Of a stretch of DNA of 64,000 nucleotides, positions 46,661 to 55,394 are shown piece after piece. How positions within the stretch are numbered: the first letter of the stretch is position 1; each line of letters opens with the position of its first letter. Made by a program: the position numbers and the translations under genes. The DNA comes from Candidatus Bathyarchaeia archaeon (GTDB lineage: Archaea; Thermoproteota; Bathyarchaeia; Bathyarchaeales; Bathycorpusculaceae). Location: the NCBI GenBank assembly GCA_050010755.1, contig JBEKKK010000004.1, forward strand, positions 96,001-160,000, given 5' to 3'. The notes under the pieces are model-generated. The model was not told the origin of the DNA. It did no database searches and was given only the letters and a program-made list of their open reading frames with translations.

Positions 46661-47594
46661 TCTGCTCCTCCTTCAGGCCCATTCTCTTCTTAACGGATTC
46701 TCTCGCCTTCAGAGAACGCTTGGCTTTCAGTTCTTTGGTCATGTCGGTTGGCGAAGTCAGTCTTTCCAGAGCCTTGTTCCAAGCTCCCGAACGGACTGCC
46801 GTATGGTGGATGTGAGTTCGCTTGAAATCAAGCGCTTTATCAACCGGACAGACGATTTTGCAGGCTCCGCAGTAGACGCAGAACATTTCGTTTTCGTGTA
46901 CCTTCTTGTCACTGTCAGAAAGGTAGAGTGCACCTGTAATCGGACAGACGTCCAGACAGTCTGTGCATCCTTCGGGACAATTTTCGCGTCTGATAGCGAG
47001 CTTCCCTGAAAAAATTCTGCGCACGTGCATTGCGCCCTGCGGAAGCTTTGCTTCGCATATCCCGCAGCATGGACAATGCTCCTTGTCGACTTCAACCTTC
47101 ATCCTGAGCGCATTCAGTTCGGAACTGCTCAGAGAACGGGGGTCTTCCACCAGTTTTCCTTCGGGAGTCGAATACTGGACTCTTATTAGGTTGATGGGGC
47201 AAACATTCTCGCTTTTGCTAGGATCCACAGGGAACTTGGTGGCGTCAACTTTGACGTCGCGGATTAGCTGAGGAAAGCTTTCCTTGTCAAGAACTGATAG
47301 AAGGTGCTTTCCGTCAACGGTTACGGAAATCGCCCCGTACGGGCAAGAAATGTCGCAAATCCCGCAGAAGTTGCATTTGGATAGGTCAACATCGACTCTG
47401 GCCTTTCGGGCTTTCTCTCCGAGGGCTTTTGGTTGTTTTTCTATTCTGATTGCTTCTTTCGGACAGGCAAGACTGCAGATTTGGCAACCGACGCACCTGT
47501 TCTTGTCAAGGTTGAGCCTGTAATTCTTAACCTGCATAACCCACTCTAGACAGAGTTCCTTCGCCGTGTCTCTCTTCAGCCTTTGAAACGGCAT
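46653..47594 (-). CDS. fwdF: FwdF-like polyferredoxin
   Basis: Multiple CxxCxxCxxxCP motifs; C-terminal KRT.I...V.S.AW..ALE.L as in FwdF; overlaps the hdrA start. Confidence 0.72.
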   Translation of the reverse strand: MPFQRLKRDTAKELCLEWVMQVKNYRLNLDKNRCVGCQICSLACPKEAIRIEKQPKALGEKARKARVDVDLSKCNFCGICDISCPYGAISVTVDGKHLLSVLDKESFPQLIRDVKVDATKFPVDPSKSENVCPINLIRVQYSTPEGKLVEDPRSLSSSELNALRMKVEVDKEHCPCCGICEAKLPQGAMHVRRIFSGKLAIRRENCPEGCTDCLDVCPITGALYLSDSDKKVHENEMFCVYCGACKIVCPVDKALDFKRTHIHHTAVRSGAWNKALERLTSPTDMTKELKAKRSLKARESVKKRMGLKEEQNV

Positions 47595-47974
47595 TAGTCA
47601 ACGCGCCCTCCAATCTCCATGCAACAGAGATCATGACCGAACATTCCAGATGCAGAACCGCTGAACATCATTAACGAGTGATCCTTCCTTGTGGAATGGT
47701 TTGTGAGGTCAAACTCTTAATATAAACTACTATGCCCAGAATTAAATTGCAGTTGCCATCCACAGATACATTCTTCTCCCTCATAGGTTTACCCCTCAAC
47801 CTTTGCGGCAACATTGCGTAAGTTTTTCATGGGTAATAAGGATTACTAGATATCATGAACAAAAACATCATAACAACTAAAGAACCAAAGAAACGTAACT
47901 GTGCCATGAAGCAAGTTTACTATTTTGTTTGTTTTCCTTGGTTCTTACTCCGTCTGAGCAAATCAAATATCGTG

Positions 47975-48526
47975 CTATGCTTTGGTGCAGACTGCCACGT
48001 AACACTTCAAGCCTTTATCCCTCATTACTATGATGTTTAAGCCTGCGTTCTTCAATGTCTTTTGAAGTTTGTTTTTCGTGAAGATTTTCTTCAAGCCTGT
48101 GACGACTATCAACGCGTTGTCTTTGACCATGCGTCTAATTTCGTTCAGCGTTTCAGTCTGACTAGGCACGTTCTGAATAACGGTGACCGCGAAAGCCCTG
48201 TCAAATACTTTGTCTTTCAGGGGCATGTGGTCTGCGTCTGCACAGACCAGATGCACGTTTGGATGATTCCTGGCACGTTCCTTCGCCTTAAGCAGAGTTT
48301 TTGAGGAAACATCTACGCCGACGGTCATCGCTGCTTTGTCGGCGACGTAACCGAGCAAGATTCCTGTTCCGCATCCAACGTCCAGCACCGTCTGTGCTTT
48401 AACTTCAACGTGTCTGAGTGCAGCCTCAATCTTCGCAGCTTGTTCCTCTGCGTATCGGGTATCGTAGATTTGCGCCGTGGCATCATAACGTCGCATGATG
48501 TCTCGTTTTTTCTCCCAAGCAATCAT
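47975..48526 (-). CDS. Class I SAM-dependent methyltransferase
   Basis: Y...A..YD, VLDVGCGTG, VGVDVS, ADA.HMP.KD..FD. Confidence 0.88.
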   Translation of the reverse strand: MIAWEKKRDIMRRYDATAQIYDTRYAEEQAAKIEAALRHVEVKAQTVLDVGCGTGILLGYVADKAAMTVGVDVSSKTLLKAKERARNHPNVHLVCADADHMPLKDKVFDRAFAVTVIQNVPSQTETLNEIRRMVKDNALIVVTGLKKIFTKNKLQKTLKNAGLNIIVMRDKGLKCYVAVCTKA

Positions 48527-48587
48527 CGCAAGCCTTCAGAAATCTTATGAGTTAACATGTCTTCTAAGGGTATTGGCGAAAGACGCT

Positions 48588-49379
48588 TTGTCAGGTTTCA
48601 GGCCTTTAACGGTCTTGGTTGAGCCGAATGCTTCGCAGGCTGAAGAGGTCGCAAAAATGGCGATTTCCAGCCATAGGATACTGCTCGTTATCGGGAAGTG
48701 TTCAGTCGATTATGTTGGCAGGGCAAAGTCAAAACTCGAGCCTGGCGAACGCATCCTCATAGTGAAGGCTGACGGATCGCTCCTCGTTCACCGTTCAACG
48801 GGTTATGAACCGGTCAACTGGATGCCCGGAGGCAACGTCATCTTCCACATTCAAAGCAGAGAACAGACACTGGAGATACGGGCTGTGAGGCAAAAGCCCT
48901 CAGAATCCGTCAGAATCGTTTTTGATGCCATTCGGCTGGTCACAGAGTTGAGTCTCTTGGACGCCGCAGAATTCTCGCTGTATTCGAGCGAAGAGGACAT
49001 GCAGAAGGCCGTGCTGCTAAAGCCTGAGCTGTTAGAAGAAGGGTTCAAAGTCATAAGCTGGGAAAAAAAGGTTGAACCGGGCTTCATCGACGTGTACGGT
49101 ACAGATAAGGATGGGAGACTTGTCGTCGTGGAGATTAAGCGGAGAACGGCTGGGAAAGACGCGGTGCTTCAACTGGCCAAGTACATGGAAGCGATCAAAA
49201 GCAGAGCAGATCGCGAAGTGAGAGGAATACTCGCATCCCCTGACATCGCAAAGGACGTTCAAAGACTGCTGGCAACGTTCGGCTTAGAATACAAACATCT
49301 GGACCCACGAAAGTGCGCCGAAACACTCCGCCGAGCCGAAAACAGAAAATTGGCAGAGTACTTCGAAAACACAAACTAG
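48588..49379 (+). CDS. nucS: Mismatch endonuclease NucS/EndoMS
   Basis: C.VDY.GRA.S.L..GER....K.DGS.LVH..G..PVNW.P, SEEDMQ, G.IDV.G.D..G..VVVEIKR, AVLQL.KY, RGIL.SP. Start set at TTG 48588. Confidence 0.93.
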   Translation: MSGFRPLTVLVEPNASQAEEVAKMAISSHRILLVIGKCSVDYVGRAKSKLEPGERILIVKADGSLLVHRSTGYEPVNWMPGGNVIFHIQSREQTLEIRAVRQKPSESVRIVFDAIRLVTELSLLDAAEFSLYSSEEDMQKAVLLKPELLEEGFKVISWEKKVEPGFIDVYGTDKDGRLVVVEIKRRTAGKDAVLQLAKYMEAIKSRADREVRGILASPDIAKDVQRLLATFGLEYKHLDPRKCAETLRRAENRKLAEYFENTN

Positions 49380-49593
49380 CTGTTAGGTCCCTCGAAAAAT
49401 TCTTCTTTTCTCCACTTATCAGTTCAAGGGAGGCAAAAAGATTCAGGTTAGACTGGTAATTGTGGCGCATCATGGCTTTCATCTGAATTTAGATACTCTT
49501 GAACAAATTGTTTATAAGGATGAACGTAGAGGATAGATTCAGCGTGTAAGAAGTAGTTTTCTGCACAGCAAATGGTAAGGAGTTGAAAAGTTA

Positions 49594-49731
49594 ATGTATG
49601 AGAAAGAGATGCATAAGGCAGTCTGCGCTGATTGTGGAAAGGAATGCGAAGTTCCCTTCAAACCCGACGGAAGCAGACCGGTTTACTGCCGAGAATGTTA
49701 TGCTAAGCGAAGACCGCCGCGCCGGTACTAG
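49594..49731 (+). CDS. CxxC-x17-CxxC small zinc-finger protein, 45 aa (not in ORF track)
   Basis: MYEKEMHKAVCADCGKECEVPFKPDGSRPVYCRECYAKRRPPRRY; AGGAG SD; T-rich tract downstream. Confidence 0.88.
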   Translation: MYEKEMHKAVCADCGKECEVPFKPDGSRPVYCRECYAKRRPPRRY

Positions 49732-50363
49732 ATTATAAGCTAACATCTTTACAGATTTCAAATTACCTTTCTTTTTTTATTATTAACACATTTTAGAAAC
49801 AGCCATTTTCTTCGTCCCCATCCATTTTCTAGACGAGGAGACGAAAGGCTAGAAGGAGAGGAATAGAATTACGTCTGTTATTTTGCCCTGCAAACCTGCC
49901 GAAGGAGAGTTGTTTCGAGGACGAGCATGCTCGATTGTGTAGAGGTTGCTTCTCGTCTTTATCTGTGGGTTGTGACAAGGTGTGGACAGCTGGTGCTAAA
50001 AAGCCAGAACGTCGCACAAAGTTCAGTGGGTTTCGATCTTTTGCAGGCTATCTTGCTCCTTTTTTTCAACGGAAGGCTGCAATCATAATGTTTGGTTTTT
50101 CGTTTTTTCGCTTTAGGCATACAGATCCATTGTTAATTGCGCTTTTTCCGTTTTTAAGATGTCAGAATCATGAATTCTTAGTGTAAATACTGACTGCATC
50201 TTCATTTTAAGCAACCTCTATTTTCATCACGAAGCATCCCGAATACTCGACTCTGCTGTAACGTCAGTCGACGATTTGGATTACTTTCTCTTCTCTTGAC
50301 AGTCCCTACCGCTATTCATAAAAGGCAGAGCGAATATTCTAGCATGAGGTTAAGAAAGGCAAG

Positions 50364-50507
50364 ATGCCCAAAGATCCTGTTTGCGGCGCAATCATGGATG
50401 ATAAGACGGCAAAATTCAAGATAACCCACGACGGAGAGACATATCACTTTTGCAGTGTGGCCTGCAAGAAGAGATTCAAGAGGCACCCGGCGAAGTTCAT
50501 AAAGTAA
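50364..50507 (+). CDS. YHS/TRASH-domain small metal-binding protein, 47 aa (not in ORF track)
   Basis: MPKDPVCGAIMD....HDGETYHFCSVACKKRF..HPAKF. Confidence 0.88.
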   Translation: MPKDPVCGAIMDDKTAKFKITHDGETYHFCSVACKKRFKRHPAKFIK

Positions 50508-50649
50508 AGGAAACGTGTGCTTCAAAAAGACGCCTGACATCGACTATGTATTTTTAAGAGGAAGCGGTTTGCGTTTGCCGCGCAGGGCACGAATTGTTTG
50601 GGAAATATAAATTAGCCAGTTCGGCTTTTGCCCTTGACTGTTGATGTGT

Positions 50650-51189
50650 ATGAATCTGTGGAAGGACATCCCTGTGGGTGATGACCCGCCCGTGTTGTTG
50701 AACATGGTCATCGAGATTAGGAGCGGTTCGAGGGACAAGTATGAGTATCGGTCTGAGTGGGAAGCCTTTGTCTTGGACCGCGTTGTACCCTCATCGGTGG
50801 TTTTTCCGGTTGAGTATGGCTTTGTTCCGCAGACATGGGCCGAAGACGGTGATCCATTGGATATTATGGTGTTAAGCTATGAACCGCTGGAAGTGGGCTG
50901 CATAGTCAAGGTCAAGATGATTGGAGCCTTGGTGGTTGAGGACGAAAAAGGCGAAGACGCCAAAGTGCTCTCGGTGCCCGTGAGCGAGGCGCGATACGAC
51001 GGTTACCACGACATTACAGACGTGCATCCGCACATGCTAAGGGAGATTCAGGAGTTTTTCGAAACGTACAAACGGTTAGAGGCGCACAAGTGGGTAAGGT
51101 TTAAAGAATGGAAAAACGCCAAAGAGACAAACCAGATAGTAACTCAATCTATGGAAGCATACAGAAAAATGGTAGGACTAGGCAAGTGA
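50650..51189 (+). CDS. ppa: Family I inorganic pyrophosphatase
   Basis: VIEI..GS..KYE, LDR, P.EYGFVPQT..EDGDPLDI, DEKGEDAKVL, FFETYK.LE. Confidence 0.94.
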   Translation: MNLWKDIPVGDDPPVLLNMVIEIRSGSRDKYEYRSEWEAFVLDRVVPSSVVFPVEYGFVPQTWAEDGDPLDIMVLSYEPLEVGCIVKVKMIGALVVEDEKGEDAKVLSVPVSEARYDGYHDITDVHPHMLREIQEFFETYKRLEAHKWVRFKEWKNAKETNQIVTQSMEAYRKMVGLGK

Positions 51190-51258
51190 CCCACGCTTAG
51201 ACGTGCGGTAGAAAATTTAATATTTAAGATTTAACAACAAGAAAATTATGAAATGGCG

Positions 51259-51356
51259 CCTCTGCATTTCACTTGCAAGTTTGCCTCTAACATATCCAAT
51301 ATTGCTTGCCAGTTATTATGTTAGAAAAAACCTGCGCGAAGTGAACATCAAAGAGG
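51259..51356. repeat. Long bulged hairpin between convergent ppa and nre
   Basis: CCTCT/AGAGG, TTCACTT/AAGTGAA, GCAAGTTT/AAACCTGC, TCTAACATA/TATGTTAGA, nested in order. Confidence 0.75.
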
Positions 51357-51417
51357 TAATAATAAGAAACAAAGAACTATTCTAGCACACCCTCAAGCCG
51401 CCCGCATATCCGTTATT

Positions 51418-52764
51418 CTACACTGATTTGGTAAAAAGAAAATCGGTGATCCGCTTCTGGAAAAGCGAGTTGCGTATGAGTTCGCTTTCTCTTATCCAGC
51501 TTTGCAGGGGAATGCAGAACTGATTTGCTATTCTGCCCAACACTTCGTTGAAGCTGTTGTAGAGTAGGGGTTTTTGCCGCATGGCATTCCTGACGTTTTC
51601 GCGCACTTGCCACACGCCCACGGGCATTATGTAGCCGGGGTGAGCCTCGCGCAGGACTATCACTGTTGCCTGCCTTCTTTCTTTGACGAGCAGTTCACAG
51701 ACGGCAAGACGGGCGGCATAGTAGCACCCGCCGATTTGGGCGTAGGTTGTCCGTCGGTCATTGCCTTCCCAATCGGAGAACAGGACAGCCTGTTTGCCGT
51801 CTGGGTTCCAGACAGTTCCAGGGTACCATGCCTCAATGGCCTCATAACTCCACTCTCTCGGCAGCATCAAGACTTCAAACTGGTTGTCCAGGTACGTGGA
51901 TTCGTAAACGCGGTACTCGTTTATCTCTGGGAATTGTTTGACCTGCTCCATGAGGTTTTTCGAGATTATGTCGTCTACCGCCGTGATGCTCCATCGGGTT
52001 GGCACTAAGCGCCGGTTTTCTTCCATTCCGAAGGCGCCGACGCTGAACGCCTTCTGAATTCTTGTTTCAAGAACGCCCTTGTCGTAGAGTTCGAGCACAG
52101 CGGGGGCGGCCTTCAGGTCAGTGTCGCTGTAGGCCTTTTCAATCTGATGATCCCAGCTCGTGTTCGACACGTTCAAGTCGCGAATCGGTGCAGAAGGCCC
52201 GAAAGGCTGGATTTCGTCGCTCAGGAATATGGAACCGTGAGGCTTTTTGGTCAGCATCAATTCGACATCGACGGGCTTAACAGCCAATGCTAGTTCGCGA
52301 GTTTTCTCGATTATTTTTCCAGCTTGTTCAAATTCTCGCACGTGAACTCGACGCTTTCCGCGGATTAGCATCGAACGGAAAGCGACAATTTCATCAATGG
52401 ACTTTCCAAACCACAATTCGGGCAGGTCAAATAGGCTTGTATCTTCGTCCACGGGAGGGACAAGCGGTCCGGCGTAGACGTTCGGGTAGCCTATTCTGCC
52501 GATGAAAACGCTCGGTGGGGAAGCCCCAGCAATATTCTCGCTGCTCATCAAAGGAACGCTCTTCAAGTAATAATTGACTTTCACGATGATTGGACAACGC
52601 GTCTTTCCGCAGAGAAGCCTTGAACCCTTGCACACCACACACAAACCGCTCTTCGAAGCCCTGGCAGTCACAGTCGGACCCATGTCAGTGGCGACTCCTG
52701 AATTCTTTAGGATTTCATGCAACCACGTGTCCGAGTAAGCATGCACCGGTGAGGTAAGGGTCAA
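51418..52764 (-). CDS. nre: Nre-family DNA repair protein with C-terminal PIP box
   Basis: CVVCKG.RLLCGK.RCP, SPPSVFIGRIGYP.V..GP, PFGPSA, RRLVPTRWSITAVD, GGCYYAARL, PVGVWQVRE.VR; PIP QKRITDFL. Start probably TTG 52764. Confidence 0.92.
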   Translation of the reverse strand: MTLTSPVHAYSDTWLHEILKNSGVATDMGPTVTARASKSGLCVVCKGSRLLCGKTRCPIIVKVNYYLKSVPLMSSENIAGASPPSVFIGRIGYPNVYAGPLVPPVDEDTSLFDLPELWFGKSIDEIVAFRSMLIRGKRRVHVREFEQAGKIIEKTRELALAVKPVDVELMLTKKPHGSIFLSDEIQPFGPSAPIRDLNVSNTSWDHQIEKAYSDTDLKAAPAVLELYDKGVLETRIQKAFSVGAFGMEENRRLVPTRWSITAVDDIISKNLMEQVKQFPEINEYRVYESTYLDNQFEVLMLPREWSYEAIEAWYPGTVWNPDGKQAVLFSDWEGNDRRTTYAQIGGCYYAARLAVCELLVKERRQATVIVLREAHPGYIMPVGVWQVRENVRNAMRQKPLLYNSFNEVLGRIANQFCIPLQSWIRESELIRNSLFQKRITDFLFTKSV

Positions 52765-52892
52765 CTCTTGTCCCTTGGAGAATGATGAGAAGAAGCTCTT
52801 ATGTTTTCTGCAATCAGATCCGAGCCGCTTGGCACGGCCTCGCAGCGTGTGTTTTATATTGATTCCCATCGAACATCTCTGTGGGACTGGCC

Positions 52893-53171
52893 ATGACGGA
52901 TGAAATTCGATACTACAAGGGAAGACACAAGGTGAGAGTTCTGACGGAAAGTCGAGGAAACTGGATAGTTGAAGCCTTAGAAGCCTTCGAGGACACTGTT
53001 GAGGGGGAAAAGGTCAAGGTCAAAGAAGGAGAAAGACGCATCGTGGCCCCAAACCTGCTTCTCCTGAAAGAAGCATTGCCTCTACCCGTCAAAGAGCACG
53101 AGTACGAATTGAAAATGGAGAAGAAAGTGAAGCGCCTCATCAATAAAGAGGAAAAAGAAAAAACTGCCTAG
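52893..53171 (+). CDS. Hypothetical small protein (beta-rich N-terminus, charged C-terminal helix)
   Basis: 92-codon ORF with protein-like composition, divergent from nre; no family recognised. Confidence 0.6.
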   Translation: MTDEIRYYKGRHKVRVLTESRGNWIVEALEAFEDTVEGEKVKVKEGERRIVAPNLLLLKEALPLPVKEHEYELKMEKKVKRLINKEEKEKTA

Positions 53172-53195
53172 TTAACTGGAAGCTGAAATATGGCA

Positions 53196-53306
53196 TGGCG
53201 CCCTGGCCGGGATTTGGACCCGGGTCCTGCGGGCGACAGCCGCATATACTATTCCGGCATCGTGTGAACAGACAACACGAGTGTGACCGGACTATACTAC
53301 CAGGGC
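53196..53306 (-). tRNA. tRNA-Asp(GTC) with a 33-nt BHB intron in the D-loop (intron 53252-53284) and encoded CCA
   Basis: Acceptor GCCCTGG/CCAGGGC+GCCA; anticodon arm TGCGG-CTGTCGC-CCGCA; T arm CCGGG-TCCAAAT-CCCGG; BHB with CCGG/CCGG helix and 3-nt bulges TCA and AAT. Confidence 0.9.
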
Positions 53307-53442
53307 TTTCGATGAACCTTTGTTCTTCATGCATATAAGTTTACTTTTTGCTGAGAATGCTTTCAAGCGTACTCCGCGTCCTGGGTTATGAAAACCAAGG
53401 ATACACCCTGTGTCCCGACCGACGGTTAAGGTATATAGACGC

Positions 53443-53685
53443 TCAAGGTTGCTGTTCGTCTTTGTGAAGATGTTTTTTTGCGTATTCTTCTTGAAGTTTT
53501 TTGGACATTTGGCCATCTTCAACTATGAACGCCCCGTGATAGCCACAGTTCCTGCACTCCCAAATTGACCAAAGCTGCGGTAGCCCGCGAGCCCAGTAGA
53601 TTTCTGGGGATCCACATCTTGGACAGAACTTTACACCCCGCTTTTTGGCGTTGACCTTGGTTTCCGGTTTCTCAGTTTCGTCCAA
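53443..53685 (-). CDS. Small Zn-ribbon protein
   Basis: KFCPRCGS...WECRNCGYHG; TTG start after GAAGGAG SD. Confidence 0.78.
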   Translation of the reverse strand: MDETEKPETKVNAKKRGVKFCPRCGSPEIYWARGLPQLWSIWECRNCGYHGAFIVEDGQMSKKLQEEYAKKHLHKDEQQP

Positions 53686-53966
53686 ACGATTTCTCCTTCC
53701 TAATTAGTCAGGATGGTTTTCTGCGACGGTTTGGAATCGGGCTCTTTGAGTCACCATGGATATGCAAAATCTTATTCTAAAAAGCTTTCATTCTTCTTGA
53801 GAAGCACCGATAATATCGTGATTGGCAAAGCGAGAGCTTGCAAACTGATCTGTGTGAAAGCTAACAACGCTCCAAGTCAAGAATATCTTGCGGAGTCTGG
53901 CTTTTTGCCAGTCTTGAAAAGTTAAGAGGGTAAGGTTAAAGTGAAACTGGGTTTCATGTGGTATTC

Positions 53967-54908
53967 ATGATTTCGATTGTCGGTGCTGGAAAAGTTGGAA
54001 GTGCTGCGGCTTTCAGTATTCTTGGGTTTAGGACCAGCGACATCGTTCTTGTTGACATAGCTGAGAATCTGGCTCGAGGGGAAGCCCTGGATATGATGCA
54101 GGCAGCCCCCGCAATCGAGTTTGACGGCAAGATTAAGGGAACAAACGATTATGGCGAAATGAAAGGTTCGGAGCTTGTCATCGTCACGGCCGGTCTGGGA
54201 AGACAGCCCGGGATGAGCCGGTCTGATCTTGCTGAAAAGAATGCGAAGATAGTCAAGTCAATTGTAAAAGAGGTCGTGAGGTATTGCCCAGCATGCAAAC
54301 TCATGATGGTGACCAACCCGGTTGACGCCATGACCTATGTGGCTTACAAGGAGAGCGGGTTTGAGAGAAACAGGGTTTTCGGGATGGGCAACATCTTGGA
54401 CACTCTTCGTTTCCGATCTTACATCGCACAGGAACTGGGGGTTTCGAGAGAGGACATTCGCGGGCTCGTCATAGGAGAGCACGGAGATTCGATGGTACCT
54501 CTCGTAGGACATGCTTCAGTCTCGGGCATACCCATAACTGAGCTGTTGAACGGTGAGCAGATTGAAAAGATTGTGAGCTTGACGAGAAGCTCAGGATCAG
54601 ATGTGATAAAACTCAAAGGAGCTACCACATACGCTCCGAGTGTCGTCATCGCCATAATGGCTGATGCTGTTTTGAAGGGTAGGAACAGGGTTATGGGAGT
54701 CTCCACCTACCTGCAGGGTGAGTACGGTTTCTCCGACGTTTCAATCGGTGTGCCCTGTGTTCTCGGAAAAAACGGTGTCGAAAGAATTGTGGAACTCAAA
54801 CTTGATCCCCAAACGAAGGCAGAATTTGAAAAGTCAGTGGCCTCAGTAACTGAGGTCATCGGGAAAACCTACGAAACAGCACTGACAAAGCCAACGTCTG
54901 AAGCATGA
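53967..54908 (+). CDS. mdh: Malate dehydrogenase (LDH-like)
   Basis: GAGKVG, GEALD, TAG..RQPGMSR.DL (Arg specificity residue), VTNPVD, LDT.R, GEHGD. Confidence 0.92.
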   Translation: MISIVGAGKVGSAAAFSILGFRTSDIVLVDIAENLARGEALDMMQAAPAIEFDGKIKGTNDYGEMKGSELVIVTAGLGRQPGMSRSDLAEKNAKIVKSIVKEVVRYCPACKLMMVTNPVDAMTYVAYKESGFERNRVFGMGNILDTLRFRSYIAQELGVSREDIRGLVIGEHGDSMVPLVGHASVSGIPITELLNGEQIEKIVSLTRSSGSDVIKLKGATTYAPSVVIAIMADAVLKGRNRVMGVSTYLQGEYGFSDVSIGVPCVLGKNGVERIVELKLDPQTKAEFEKSVASVTEVIGKTYETALTKPTSEA

Positions 54909-54927
54909 AGAAAATGCAGCAGCGAGC

Positions 54928-55368
54928 CTAGATTGGTTGACTTTTTTCGTGCCTTCTGAGAAACTCGTGCGCCTTTGCGAGCACTTTCTTGGCGTTTGAG
55001 AAAGTGAGTCTAGCCATTGCTTTCTCGTAGCTGAGCCACTCGTATCCCACGTGCTCATAGGATAATCTAACAGCGCTTTGTTTGCTTTCGATGAGAAAGA
55101 AGATGACTTCCTTATACACTGTCCTAGCTTCCCTCCTGTAGACGTAGTTTATTTCTTCCCTGAAACCTTCGATGAATCGGGAATCGTCGATGCCTGTTTC
55201 TTCTTGCAGCTCGCGAAGTACCGTTTCCTTTTCAGTCTCGTGGGGTTCAACTTGCCCTTTTACGTAGTCCCAGTGGCCTGCCTCGTAGTGCAGGAGAAGA
55301 TATTGAAGCTCGTCGCTACGCTTGAACACAACCGCTCCACAGGATTTTTCATGCAGGGACATCAGCAT
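54928..55368 (-). CDS. Nudix hydrolase, Ap4A-hydrolase-like
   Basis: SCGAVVF, YLLL.Y..GHWD..KG.VE..ET..ET.LRELQEETGI, LS.EH..Y.W. Confidence 0.9.
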   Translation of the reverse strand: MLMSLHEKSCGAVVFKRSDELQYLLLHYEAGHWDYVKGQVEPHETEKETVLRELQEETGIDDSRFIEGFREEINYVYRREARTVYKEVIFFLIESKQSAVRLSYEHVGYEWLSYEKAMARLTFSNAKKVLAKAHEFLRRHEKSQPI

Positions 55369-55394
55369 GCCTCTTTACTCTTTGCTCTCTCCAA

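Noticed and set aside
21318-47594. Selenocysteine recoding in FwdB, HdrA or MvhD
   Set aside because: All are full-length open frames with Cys at the relevant sites (e.g. VCHGPS) and no in-frame TGA.
17822-47594. Evidence for methanogenesis
   Set aside because: fwd, mch and hdrA also serve the archaeal Wood-Ljungdahl pathway, and no mcr or mtr genes are in the window.
51284-51326. Integron attC site (CTCTAAC...GTTAGAA)
   Set aside because: The span is only about 43 bp, shorter than typical attC sites. The flanking genes are housekeeping and convergent, and there is no cassette array or integrase.
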